This document shows, one piece after another, positions 43,226 to 53,229 of a stretch of DNA of 64,000 bases. Within the stretch, counting starts at the first letter, position 1, and every line of letters starts with the position of its first letter. Origin of the DNA: an uncultured Verrucomicrobiae bacterium (GTDB lineage: Bacteria > Verrucomicrobiota > Verrucomicrobiia > Chthoniobacterales > JAFAMB01). Below the pieces are notes generated by a model. The model did no database searches, was not told where the DNA came from, and saw nothing but the letters and a program-made list of their open reading frames with translations. Made by a program: the position numbers and the translations under genes. Where the stretch lies: assembly GCA_963813025.1 (NCBI GenBank), contig CAWEXO010000011.1, positions 448,001 to 512,000 of the forward strand. The letters run 5' to 3'.

Positions 43226-44617
43226 CTAAGAAACTAAATCCGTGGCTGGGTCTAGAGGCGTGAGTTGGAGTCCGAATTCTTTGGCTCGTCGGCTGAGATT
43301 GTGAAGTAGGCGGTCTTTGTATTTTTTCTCGTAGTAGAGTTGCCCTTGCTCGACATAGGCAGCTCCGAACTTGAGCATGCGATAGAACAAGCGTGCCAGT
43401 TTATGAGCTCCGGCGTTGATGGCGGTGGGTGCCCCCAATCGGGCTTTGATGCGGCGGATAAAAGCGCCGATGGCCGTCTTACTTTGCATGGCTCCTTGGG
43501 CCGCCAGCCGGAACATGGCCGCCGCGCGATTCTTGGTTTTTCTGGGGCTGGAACTGAGCAGTTTGCCGCCGCTGATGCGATTGTCCGGACAGAGTTTAAG
43601 CCAGGAGCAAAAGTGTTTTTCGCTTTTCCAACAGGTCATGTCTAAACCCGTTTCCGAAATGATGACTTCCACCGCCAAGGTGCTCAAGCCAGGCAACTGA
43701 CTCAGATCGACACCACAAACGCTGGCCAGATGCGCTCGGCGCTGCAGGGCTAGGCGAACTTGGGCCGACCGTGCTTGGGCCGCCCCGCTTTGCTCGAGGG
43801 CTTGCTCCAAATCTAGTTTAGTGTCGAATTGCTCAAGTTGTTGCTCAATCTTGCTTTCGCAGGCGGTGATCTTGAGCTGGTAGGTGTCATAGAGTTCCAG
43901 GGCCGTTTGCAAGGCGAAGAGATGCTCGGCTCGGTAATCTCCCTGTAAGGCTTTGACGATCTGATCAGTGGATGCTTTCACTTGGGGGTGTTTCATCTGG
44001 GCAAGCTTGAGCGGATTGCGTTCTCCGGCCAAAATCGCCCGAATCATCGCCATGCCACTATAACCGGTGATGTCGCTCAACACGCGGTGCACTTGGATAT
44101 TCATTTCGGTTAAGGCCTTCTGCATGCGTAACACATGGCTGCTGCAGTCCTTAACCAAGGTGTCGCGCAGGCGCAGGAAGCTGCGCAAGACGCAGACCTC
44201 GTCCTTGGGTCGGAACGAGCCGTTTAAAAGACCAAAGGTGTGGAGTTGTTGAAGCCATTGGCAGTCCGAGACGTCGCTTTTGCGTCCAGGCAGATTCTTG
44301 ACATGAGCTGCGTTGACCAATTTTACCTCCAACCCTCTCTGCTCCAGAATCTGGAACACCGGTATCCAATAAACCCCCGTTGATTCCATCACTACGGTCT
44401 CAATGTGGTGTTCGCTCAGCCAGTCAGCCATCCGCTGCAGATCGCTCGTAAAAGGGCCAAACTTGCGCACCGTTTCTGAGCCGCGGTCTTCGGGAATGGC
44501 CACCAGGTGAAAATTCGCCCCGATATCGATTCCTGCGGCCTTGAGATTGATCCGTTCCAGAACACTCCGGTGAGTTTTTGATTTGTTCTTTCGCTTGGTC
44601 GTGGTTTTCTTTGCCAT
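43226..44617 (-). CDS. IS110-family transposase (463 aa)
   Basis: DEDD RuvC-like motifs GIDIG, MESTGVYW, KSDVSD; C-terminal ISGGK serine motif. Confidence 0.95.
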   Translation of the reverse strand: MAKKTTTKRKNKSKTHRSVLERINLKAAGIDIGANFHLVAIPEDRGSETVRKFGPFTSDLQRMADWLSEHHIETVVMESTGVYWIPVFQILEQRGLEVKLVNAAHVKNLPGRKSDVSDCQWLQQLHTFGLLNGSFRPKDEVCVLRSFLRLRDTLVKDCSSHVLRMQKALTEMNIQVHRVLSDITGYSGMAMIRAILAGERNPLKLAQMKHPQVKASTDQIVKALQGDYRAEHLFALQTALELYDTYQLKITACESKIEQQLEQFDTKLDLEQALEQSGAAQARSAQVRLALQRRAHLASVCGVDLSQLPGLSTLAVEVIISETGLDMTCWKSEKHFCSWLKLCPDNRISGGKLLSSSPRKTKNRAAAMFRLAAQGAMQSKTAIGAFIRRIKARLGAPTAINAGAHKLARLFYRMLKFGAAYVEQGQLYYEKKYKDRLLHNLSRRAKEFGLQLTPLDPATDLVS

Positions 44618-44639
44618 ACCTCTCTTGGGTTAGATGTTG

Positions 44640-44830
44640 TTCTTGCTTTCACACTGCAGCGCATCGGCCCGAGTTGGTAGATAGAGAGAAATCTCCTAAA
44701 CAGGATAGCTCCAGATCGGCAAACAACCCGATCTGGAGCTTCGCTAATGCAACAACCAAAACGCTCGGAACCAAACTAGCTATCGGGCATAAAGCTCCAA
44801 TGCCACACCGGTCTTAACTGCCGACCCACT
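44640..44830 (-). ncRNA. Candidate bridge/guide RNA of the IS110 element (boundaries approximate)
   Basis: Perfect 13-bp stem 44707-44719/44728-44740; segments matching the element's flank and junctions. Confidence 0.55.
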
Positions 44831-45128
44831 GCTGCCTACTTTCTACGTCGAGATGCCCAAGGCAATCAATCCAGTGTTTCTTGCCGCAAAAAGAACGCGC
44901 AGAGTTCTGGGGAACTAGCTAGTTTGAGCCGTCTTGGGTGTGGCTATCTCAAAGCCCCGGCTCAAACAAGTTCTCGCCTGGCGCTCGAATGAATTTTCAC
45001 CCTACCGATACAGAGAAAAGACACTACGACACAATACCGGCGATAAGTTGCCGTTACAGGCTGGGCTGGGCAGAGCCGCCTGCGCTTCGGATTGATTCCG
45101 GGTAGGGAATACGGCATAGTGCGCCTTT

Positions 45129-45563
45129 ATGGGCGCCAGGCTCACCCCGACCCGATCTTCTGCTGTTGAGGATTATCTTGAGCAAATTCTTGATCTCATC
45201 AACGCGAAGGGTTATGCGCGAGTTGCCGATATCGCCCAAGGATTGAAAATCTCACAGGCTAGCGTCACGAATATGGTGCAGCGTTTGGACTCGGAGGGGC
45301 TGCTAAAATATGAGAAGTACCGAGGACTGGTTTTAACGACCGCGGGCGAGACCCTAGCTCGAAATATCATGCAACGGCACCATCTCCTAAGCGATTTCTT
45401 TCGTCTGCTTGGAGTCGATGAAGATGTGATCTACCACGACGTGGAGGGGATGGAACATCACATCAGCCCACCAACGCTTCACGCGATCGAGGCTTTAATG
45501 AAGGAACTACAGCAACAACCGAAACTACTTGCTCGCATCAGACCCCACCCTCATGGCAGTTGA
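45129..45563 (+). CDS. mntR: DtxR/MntR-family metal-dependent regulator
   Basis: EDYLEQI, ARVADIA, SVTNMVQRL, RHHLL, DVEGMEHHIS. Confidence 0.88.
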   Translation: MGARLTPTRSSAVEDYLEQILDLINAKGYARVADIAQGLKISQASVTNMVQRLDSEGLLKYEKYRGLVLTTAGETLARNIMQRHHLLSDFFRLLGVDEDVIYHDVEGMEHHISPPTLHAIEALMKELQQQPKLLARIRPHPHGS

Positions 45564-45686
45564 ACATTGTGGTTTAGCCGGTCATTCAGGAAATCTCGAA
45601 TTTAACAACCCGGAGATAATTTTCTTTGATCCTGCGGGCAAAAGGCTCTGCCCGGCAAGCTTTGCGCCCAATCCGAAGCCGATGCT

Positions 45687-46157
45687 ATGAGGTGGGTTCG
45701 GGGGTTGGCGCTGATTGCGCTTTTCTTCACGGCTTGTGAGAGTGGTACCGAGACGTCTCGCTACTCCCAGACACAGGCGGCGATTAATCGCAGCATCGCG
45801 CAAGAACGACCTGGCAACTACTACATTGGACGCCGCTTTTTTCGACGGTACTTCTTTTTTTGGGGTTATGTCCGGAAGCCCAGACAATCATGGAGCCAGG
45901 CGCAACTCGTCATGCTCAATGAGCAAAAGGTCCACGCGCCCGATCGCGCGGAGAACGTGATTGGTTCCGACAACGGTTACGAATATCGTCTCCAAGGCTA
46001 TTTCTCCGGTCAAAAGGTGTACGAACCGGCCTCGAACAGTTTTTATCCGGAATTTGTGCTCACCGGATACACATTGCTGTCACAGCATCCTCCGCCTATT
46101 TTTAGGCAAGCGAGCGCAACCGATCCGAACCGGATAACGATCGATCGGCCCGAATGA
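45687..46157 (+). CDS. Hypothetical lipoprotein
   Basis: Lipobox-like FTAC after a hydrophobic leader. Confidence 0.75.
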   Translation: MRWVRGLALIALFFTACESGTETSRYSQTQAAINRSIAQERPGNYYIGRRFFRRYFFFWGYVRKPRQSWSQAQLVMLNEQKVHAPDRAENVIGSDNGYEYRLQGYFSGQKVYEPASNSFYPEFVLTGYTLLSQHPPPIFRQASATDPNRITIDRPE

Positions 46158-46251
46158 TTGTTTCGGGCTGAGCATCCTGATATTCTGGCTCCTCGACGGC
46201 GCCAGCCGGTGTACGGACTGTGTTTGGCCGTGAGAGGATGGTTTTCGGTGG

Positions 46252-49200
46252 ATGATCGATCCGAGCAGATTTGACCATTTCGAGGTTTTGCGGAAGTCCG
46301 ATGGCGCTCTTTGGGAACTCGGCCGGGGCACCATGGGTACGACTTACAAGGCGTTCAATACAAATTTCCGGTGTGCGGTCGCCTTGAAGGTGATCAACCC
46401 GCAATACGTCAGTAGTGACACCGCACGCTACCGTTTTTTGCGCGAAGCTCGGGCGGCAGCGCAGTTTCGCCACCCTAATGTGGCTTCGGTATTTCATCTG
46501 GGTAACTCCGAGAATGGCTTTTTCTATGCCATGGAGTTTGTCGACGGGGAGACTGTGGAGCGGCGGGTCGCGGATCACGGCCCCCTCGATCTGCTCCAGA
46601 GCTTGCGCATCACCCGGCAGGTAACCCGCGCGTTGATTGCCGCCGAGCGGAAGCAATTGATCCACCGAGACATTAAGCCCGCTAATCTTATGTTAGCCAG
46701 GGACGAGGATGACGAGGAACAGCTGCTCGTCAAAGTTATCGATTTCGGGTTGGCCAAATCGTTGCTGAACCCGACCGAACAGTCGGGTACGGTGACGCTG
46801 GCGGGATTTGCCGGCACGCCGCATTTCGCCAGCCCAGAGCAGCTCGAGGAAAAGGAACTCGATATACGCTCCGATCTCTACTCCCTCGGGGCGACTCTCT
46901 GGTACATGTTGTTTGGACATCCGCCCTTCCAGGGGCCGATTGCCAGCGTGATCGCTCAACAGCTTAGCGCGGAATTGCCGGCGACGGCCTTGGGGCAATT
47001 GCCGGCGGCACCCCGAGAAGTGCTCTGTAAACTACTGGCCAAGAAGCCCGCCGATCGGTTTTCCAACCCGACTGAACTCAAGTCATCCCTTGACCGGATT
47101 TTGCAGGATCTAACCGACGACCCGCAGGACAAAAGCTGCCAGTCACCTGATCCTCTGCAGATCGCGGCGGCCCTGGAGGAGTTTGCTACCGGCCAGTTAG
47201 TGCGTAACCGATACAAAATAATAGGGCCATCGGCGGTCGACCGCCGACTCTACGAGGCCAGGGACCTTCACGGCAACCAGCTGGTCGCCGTTCGACCTGT
47301 TCCGGTGAATTTGGCAGCGGATTCCGGGTGGATGGATCAGTTCGGCAAGGAGATCGAGCGCCTGCGGAGTGTTCATCATCCCGGTCTGCTCGAGCTGTTC
47401 GGGCTGGAAAGCTCTGATCGCGGCGCGGTGTTGATCAGCGAATGGCTGAATGGATTTTCCTGGCAGGAGTTGCTGCGGGCGCGACGAGAACTTACCTGGG
47501 ATGAAACTTACCGATTAGCCGCCCCGCTTGCTCGTCTAACCGACTTTTTGCAAGGACGAGGTTTTGTTTCTCTGCCTCTGCGAAGCCTCTTCGTTGAGAT
47601 CCCGAAGCTACCCGGTAATTGTCGAACGCTCTTGCGAACTCCGGTTTCCGGCTGGCCGCCATTCCTGGTGAAAGCTGATCCCTTGGCACTGAGCCTTTGG
47701 TGGCGCCCGGATTCGTTCGAACCAACGATAACTGTGGTCGACCGCCGAACAGGCGACGCGGAGCCGGCTGCTGCACAATATCTGGCGATGGCGACCTATG
47801 AACTGCTGGGCGGTGCCTTGCACGGATCGGCGGTCGGAACCGAATGCGGCCGCTCTCCGCCTTTAGTCACTCTCTCCGAAGCCGGCAACCGTCTCTTGCA
47901 ACAGGCGCTCACCGATCGAAAGCGATTCAGTTCCGCCACACAATTTGTAAAGGAGTTGCAGGCGGTTGAAAGCGGGGAAGCCGCATCTGTCGCAGTTTCT
48001 CCGAAGCGATTGGCGGCTTCGCTGGCAGCGAGACGAGTTCCCGAACCCGTAATCGTAGAAGACGATGTCCAACCCCGTTTGTCGCCGGTTCTTCTTTCTA
48101 TCGGAGTGACGATGCTCGTGCTGTTTCTCGCGTGCGCCGTAGGCCTACTGATTTTCGAACAGGTGCGGCTGGGCCGCCACGGGTCACCGTCAGGCGGGTT
48201 CGTTTCCGTCGAAAGTCAGCCCGAAGGAGCATCGGTATTTTGGCGGAGCCAAGAGCTTGGGAAGACGCCGGTCAAACAGCGGTCGCTGCCGAACGGCGCG
48301 CAGACAGTCGAGTTGCGACTCCCGGGTTACGAAAATCGTGAGGTAAATGTGAACGTAGTGCCCGGAACAACCAGTGATACTGGCACACTTCCGCTCCAGC
48401 GGAGTGCCGGCCATCTGATCCTGAAGACCAATCCAACTGGGGTTCCTTACGAGATTATCGGTTCCGATGAGAAATTAATTTCGGGACGGACCCCGGCGAA
48501 TTTAGCAAAGCTTTCCCCCGGGGCATATGTCGTTCGCTACCGTTTGGCCGGGTGGCCGGTCTTTCAACAGCCGGTCAGTATTGAGGCCGGATCGAGCCAG
48601 ACACTGGAACACACCTTTGCTGGCGGCACCGTGAATTTTAAGAGCGATCCCACCGGTGCGACGATCTACGAAGGAGAAGTACTCCTGGGAAAAACACCTT
48701 TCAGCACCGTCTTGCCGATCGGCCAGACGGTTGAATTGACCTCGAAGGTCGAAGGACTCAAGCCCGCCTCCGAGCGCGTCACCCCTGGGCAACAAAACTC
48801 GGACCCGGTGATCTTTCGACACAGCTATGGGATGGTCTCAATCACCAGCGACGTACCCGGAGGACAAGTAACTATTTCCGGCATCGACGCTGGCCGAACC
48901 CCTCTCCAGAAGCCGGTTTCCCCAGGCCGGCATGAATTTGTTCTTACGGGTCCCGACCACTCAACTGAGAGCAAGGAGATCGAAGTTCCGCCTGGGAAGG
49001 TGATCGCGATAAATTTCGGGTCTGCCTCCGCCAACCTGCGACACGAGACGCGTGAGGCGCATCGGCCCGCGCTGCGCGCCCAAACTGGGGGACCACGCAG
49101 GCCGCCAGTCTACTTGTCAAAGGAAGACTATGATCGTGCGCGAGACGAAGCTTTTCGCCGCTTCGATGCGGAATGGGACTACCGCAAACGTGCGCTGAAA

Positions 49201-49359
49201 CAGGCCCAAGATTACTATGAATACCAGGCCGATCATTCCGAAGGGTCGGCTCGCGAGAAATGGAATGCGAAAAAGGAGCAAGCCGATCGCCAGACTGACG
49301 CCTTGGGCGACGCGCGTGATCACGCGAAAGACGAACTGACACGGCAGTGGAGCGAGTGA
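46252..49359 (+). CDS. Membrane Ser/Thr kinase with a second degenerate kinase domain and PEGA repeats
   Basis: GRGTMG, VALK, HRDIKPAN, DFG, SPEQ; TM helix; repeats VESQPEGA, KTNPTG, KSDPTGA, TSDVPG. Confidence 0.9.
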   Translation: MIDPSRFDHFEVLRKSDGALWELGRGTMGTTYKAFNTNFRCAVALKVINPQYVSSDTARYRFLREARAAAQFRHPNVASVFHLGNSENGFFYAMEFVDGETVERRVADHGPLDLLQSLRITRQVTRALIAAERKQLIHRDIKPANLMLARDEDDEEQLLVKVIDFGLAKSLLNPTEQSGTVTLAGFAGTPHFASPEQLEEKELDIRSDLYSLGATLWYMLFGHPPFQGPIASVIAQQLSAELPATALGQLPAAPREVLCKLLAKKPADRFSNPTELKSSLDRILQDLTDDPQDKSCQSPDPLQIAAALEEFATGQLVRNRYKIIGPSAVDRRLYEARDLHGNQLVAVRPVPVNLAADSGWMDQFGKEIERLRSVHHPGLLELFGLESSDRGAVLISEWLNGFSWQELLRARRELTWDETYRLAAPLARLTDFLQGRGFVSLPLRSLFVEIPKLPGNCRTLLRTPVSGWPPFLVKADPLALSLWWRPDSFEPTITVVDRRTGDAEPAAAQYLAMATYELLGGALHGSAVGTECGRSPPLVTLSEAGNRLLQQALTDRKRFSSATQFVKELQAVESGEAASVAVSPKRLAASLAARRVPEPVIVEDDVQPRLSPVLLSIGVTMLVLFLACAVGLLIFEQVRLGRHGSPSGGFVSVESQPEGASVFWRSQELGKTPVKQRSLPNGAQTVELRLPGYENREVNVNVVPGTTSDTGTLPLQRSAGHLILKTNPTGVPYEIIGSDEKLISGRTPANLAKLSPGAYVVRYRLAGWPVFQQPVSIEAGSSQTLEHTFAGGTVNFKSDPTGATIYEGEVLLGKTPFSTVLPIGQTVELTSKVEGLKPASERVTPGQQNSDPVIFRHSYGMVSITSDVPGGQVTISGIDAGRTPLQKPVSPGRHEFVLTGPDHSTESKEIEVPPGKVIAINFGSASANLRHETREAHRPALRAQTGGPRRPPVYLSKEDYDRARDEAFRRFDAEWDYRKRALKQAQDYYEYQADHSEGSAREKWNAKKEQADRQTDALGDARDHAKDELTRQWSE

Positions 49360-49412
49360 TTGTATCGCCCGGACAGGAACCAGAAAAACTTTCCGTTCTT
49401 GGCGCATAAAGG

Positions 49413-50480
49413 CTAAGCCTCGCCGATGCGTTGATGCAGAACCCGAAAGGCAGAGCCGGCTCCGCTCGGATCCGTGACGAAGCGCCCCCGCTCATCCGAT
49501 AAGGCCCTTCGTCCCCAGGTCCTCAGAAACTTGGCTTGGGAGAAATAGCCGATTGTGCGAAACCCAAAATCCAGGCCCCATCGCTGCAAATCGGCAAAGT
49601 TTACATCAGCCGTCAGATCCTGGTGTCCGGCCCGTAAATAGATTTCCCTTCCAGTAAAGCGCTGATGCCGATGGTAGGCTCGGATAGTTCCCATCGGGGT
49701 AGCGCCGAAGATTTCCACGGGATTTCCACCGTAGTCGATGGTCAAGAGTGCGCCTTTCTGCAGAACAGAGCTAAGTTCCCTGAGCCAGGTATGGTAAACT
49801 TCATGAACCTCAATGAATTGTCCGGAAACAAACGTCTCGTGGAACGAAACCGACTCGGGAAGATCCTTTACGGAGTGCAGCTCTTCGCGCCAAACGCCGG
49901 AATCGAAAAGCAGGAACACCTCGAACCAGATTCCGCCTTGCTTGGCAAACCGGCGACAAGGAAAAGCGTCGACAAATTCGTTGGAAAAAACCAAGGCTTC
50001 GCCCTGGTCTTTGAGAGCTGCCTGCACTGAGGAGAACCAACGCGGAAATGAAACCCGACGCAGAAATGAAGGCCGACGCATTCGGCGATTTGACAGCCGC
50101 CGCTGCTGCTCCTCCTTCAATGGACCCGACAATTCGACAATCCGATAATCGATTTCCGAAAATGGTGGGAAACGCCGCAAGATCCCGGAAGCCATTTCAC
50201 CGGAGCCGGCACCCAACTCGACCACGGTGAGAGAGCGCAGTTTCAATGCCCGCGCCTCCTGTTTGATCCACGCCGCAATCGCTTCCGCCAGCGCGCCGCT
50301 CAAGGTTGCCGTGGTGGAGAAGTCCCCTTTCGATCCGACTGTGGCAACGTTTCGACTGTAGTACCCGTGGACCGGATGATAAAGAGCGAGCTCCATAAAA
50401 CGGTCAAAGCGAAGGCAGCCGCCCTCCGCCTGAGCAATCTCGGCTAACCAGCTTGGCATAGGAGGTAACGAGCGTAACAA
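49413..50480 (-). CDS. MidA/NDUFAF7-like SAM-dependent methyltransferase
   Basis: FMELALYHP..GYY, GDFST, VELGAGSG, SNEFVDAFP, IDYG, QDLTADVNF. Confidence 0.9.
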   Translation of the reverse strand: MLRSLPPMPSWLAEIAQAEGGCLRFDRFMELALYHPVHGYYSRNVATVGSKGDFSTTATLSGALAEAIAAWIKQEARALKLRSLTVVELGAGSGEMASGILRRFPPFSEIDYRIVELSGPLKEEQQRRLSNRRMRRPSFLRRVSFPRWFSSVQAALKDQGEALVFSNEFVDAFPCRRFAKQGGIWFEVFLLFDSGVWREELHSVKDLPESVSFHETFVSGQFIEVHEVYHTWLRELSSVLQKGALLTIDYGGNPVEIFGATPMGTIRAYHRHQRFTGREIYLRAGHQDLTADVNFADLQRWGLDFGFRTIGYFSQAKFLRTWGRRALSDERGRFVTDPSGAGSAFRVLHQRIGEA

Positions 50481-50569
50481 TTTACGCGTGTCATGGAGTG
50501 TGCGCGACCCGCCTTCGCTACGCCCGGCTACGGCGCGGCAGTCCTTGTCACACTCACTCCACGTCGCCC

Positions 50570-51625
50570 TTATCCACCGAGATCTTCTTTGATCGTTTCA
50601 ACAAAGGCGGTCAGCAACCGCACGCACCGTTCCACGTCGTTCAAATCCACGAGTTCGACAGGAGAGTGCATGTATCTGAGCGGAATTGATAGAAGAGCGC
50701 TGGGCACGCCGGTCCGGCTGGAATAAATCCGCTCAGTGTCGGTGCCGGGCGAATAGGCTTCGTGCTGGATCGGGAGATCAAGCTGCCTGGCCAAGGCAAT
50801 CAACCGTTCTACGATTCTCGGATGATTCGCCGTCCCATGAGTGAGCGAAGGTCCCTGTCCCAGGCGAACTGAACCGTGTTTGTTCTTATCAATACCCGGT
50901 GAATCCGTGGCATGCGTGACGTCAAGAACAATCGCCGCTTGCGGCTGTAGCCGATAAGCGATCATTTTGGCGCCAGCACCTCCGATTTCCTCCTGAACCG
51001 CGTTAACGGCGAGTACGGTCGCGACCGTTCTCTCCGGGCGGGCCGACAAGCTCTCCAATACCTGGCTGAGAATAAATCCGCCGATCCGGTTGTCGATCGC
51101 GCGGCCAACCACTCGACTCCCTGTTAGCTCTTCGGCCTGGTCAGTGTAGACAGCCGGATGTCCCGGTCGGATTCCCCGTTCCTCGACTTCCGCTCGGCCG
51201 CCGGCGCCGATGTCGACAAAGAGTTGATGCATCTCCGGAATCTTGTCGTCCTGCTTCTCGCGAAGATGAATAGCGGTATTACCGACAATCCCGAGCACCG
51301 GCCCTTTGTCCCCAAAAATTTTGAGACGTTTGCCCCGGGCGATTGCCCAATCACTTCCGCCGATCCTGGTCAAATAGAGATAACCATCATCCGAAATGTT
51401 TTGCACCATAAACCCGATTTCATCGGCATGCGCCTCCAACATGAGACGGAGGTTCGAGTTTGATCCATGGCGAGTTACCCATGCGTTCCCGTATGAATCG
51501 GTATCGACTCGATCTGCCCACTGGCGCGCATAATCCATCCAAACCTTTTGACCAGCATTTTCAAACCCGGTAGGGCTCGGCGTGTTGAGCAATTCGAAGA
51601 GAAACCGTTTGGCGTCATCATTCAT
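50570..51625 (-). CDS. M42-family metallopeptidase
   Basis: AHADEIG, AIDNRIG, VQEEIG, LDVTHA, RYMHSP. Confidence 0.93.
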   Translation of the reverse strand: MNDDAKRFLFELLNTPSPTGFENAGQKVWMDYARQWADRVDTDSYGNAWVTRHGSNSNLRLMLEAHADEIGFMVQNISDDGYLYLTRIGGSDWAIARGKRLKIFGDKGPVLGIVGNTAIHLREKQDDKIPEMHQLFVDIGAGGRAEVEERGIRPGHPAVYTDQAEELTGSRVVGRAIDNRIGGFILSQVLESLSARPERTVATVLAVNAVQEEIGGAGAKMIAYRLQPQAAIVLDVTHATDSPGIDKNKHGSVRLGQGPSLTHGTANHPRIVERLIALARQLDLPIQHEAYSPGTDTERIYSSRTGVPSALLSIPLRYMHSPVELVDLNDVERCVRLLTAFVETIKEDLGG

Positions 51626-52101
51626 TTTGTTACAGAACAGGGATTACCGCGCTGGTCATTTGTCAACGATGGCGGACAATGGCCGATGACCAATGACCAA
51701 TGGCCGATGAGCAGCTCGGTCAGGACATCGGTAACACTATATCGTTAAGATAAGTTTGACTGTTCAATGTGAAAGTTGCACCGATTGGCAAATCTGGCCG
51801 GCTCCGTTTTTGCGTTTGACAGGCTGGAGCGAGGAACGAGCGAACAGTCGATGCCCCCTGCCAGCGCCTTGAGCGCAAGCTCTACTCACTGTTCCATAGG
51901 CTCACTCTTTTTTTGGGCATGACCGAAGTTTACGATGAGATGAATCTGCAGTTCCGGGGCGCTTTGGCGATCAATTTGCTTGAGAAAGTCGCAACCACTC
52001 CACATGGGGGTGCTTTCGTTTGGCGAAGGATCCCTCGAGGTAACTTCCGGTCGCCAAATAGTCAAGATGCCGCGGCGTTTGTAATCATGACGCCGGACCT
52101 A

Positions 52102-53226
52102 GTACTTAGTTGCTTTAGTTCTTTATATTTATGAAAAATTATGATTTGTTGGATGGATGGCAACGGGTCGCATCAAACTTTCTGTGGAAAAGCGCAAGCT
52201 CTTGGAGGGTTGGAGTCGAGCGCAACGGGTCGAACACCGGCTCAAGGTCAGGAGTCAGATTATCTTGAAGGCGGCAGCGGGCTTGAGTGGACGTGCGATT
52301 GCCAAGAGCCTGCGCATTCCCGAGGTGACGGTGAGTAAATGGCGGCGGCGCTTTGTGCGCCAAGGCCTGGCCGGCTTGGAAGACGCGCCACGCAGTGGAA
52401 AGCCGGCCAAGTTATGATCAAATGACGGTCAAGCGGGTCTTGGCGCTGCTGGATGAAGATCCACCGGCGGGCTACGGGCGCTGGAATGGGCGACTGCTGG
52501 CGCAGAGTCTGGCCGATGTTTCCTCCGATCAAGTCTGGCGCATTTTGCGCCAACAAGGCATTGAATTGGAACGGCGCCGCAGCTGGTGCATTTCCACCGA
52601 TCCGGAGTTTGTGCGCAAGGCCGCTGACATTGTCGGTCTTTATCTCAATCCGCCCCAGAATGCGCTCATCTTGGCCATTGATGAAAAACCAGCCATTCAA
52701 GCCCTGGAAAGAGCCCAAGGTTGGATTCGCTTGCCCAATGGCAGGGCGCTGACGGGTTTTAGCCACGAGTACAAGCGCCATGGCACCTCCACTCTCTTTG
52801 CCGCCCTCAACATTGCCAGCGGCCAAGTGCAGGCTGGTCATTACCGGCGCCAGCGCCGACGGGAATTCCTGGAGTTTATGAACCAGGTAGTTGCCGGAAA
52901 TCTCGACAAAGAAATTCATGTGGTCTTAGACAACCTTGCGACCCATAAGCCAAAGCAAGATCGCTGGTTGAAGGCTCACCCCAATGTGCATTTTCATTTC
53001 ACTCCAACCCACGCTTCTTGGCTCAACCAGATTGAGATCTGGTTTAGTATCTTGAGCCGCCAAGCCCTCCAGGGGGCAAACTTCACCAGCGTGGCAGAGC
53101 TGCGCAACGCCATCGACACCTTCATCAAGAACTACAATAACAATGCGGCTCCCTTCGAATGGACCAAATCCCAGGTACATCAGGGGAGAGTCGCCATACA
53201 TATAACTAACTTACGCAATTAGGCAC
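52102..53226 (+). mobile_element. IS630-family element flanked by TA within CTAG
   Basis: Imperfect terminal repeats CTAGTACTTAGTTGCTTTAGTT / CTAGTGCCTAATTGCGTAAGTT. Confidence 0.88.
52157..53222 (+). pseudogene. IS630 transposase split by a 1-nt frameshift near 52412
   Basis: HTH ORF ends RSGKPAKL*; DDE ORF (IDEKP, LDNLATHK, WLNQIEIWF) is in the next frame. Confidence 0.8.
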
Positions 53227-53229
53227 TAG

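Larger units (their letters stand above)
43225..44918 (-). mobile_element. IS110-family insertion sequence flanked by CT cores, with a ~300-bp upstream non-coding end
   Basis: Removing the element plus one CT restores gcgagaaCTagtttgagccg, matching the repeat consensus; no terminal inverted repeats. Confidence 0.85.
43179..45015. repeat. Palindromic repeat copy 3, split by IS110 (43179-43224 plus 44919-45015)
   Basis: Left piece ctctgtgtcggtagggcgaaaattcat is the near reverse complement of the right end atgaattttcaccctaccgatacagag. Confidence 0.85.

Noticed and set aside
51680..51715. Heptamer-like tandem repeat (caatggc/cgatgac/caatgac)
   Set aside because: Short degenerate intergenic repeat with no supportable function
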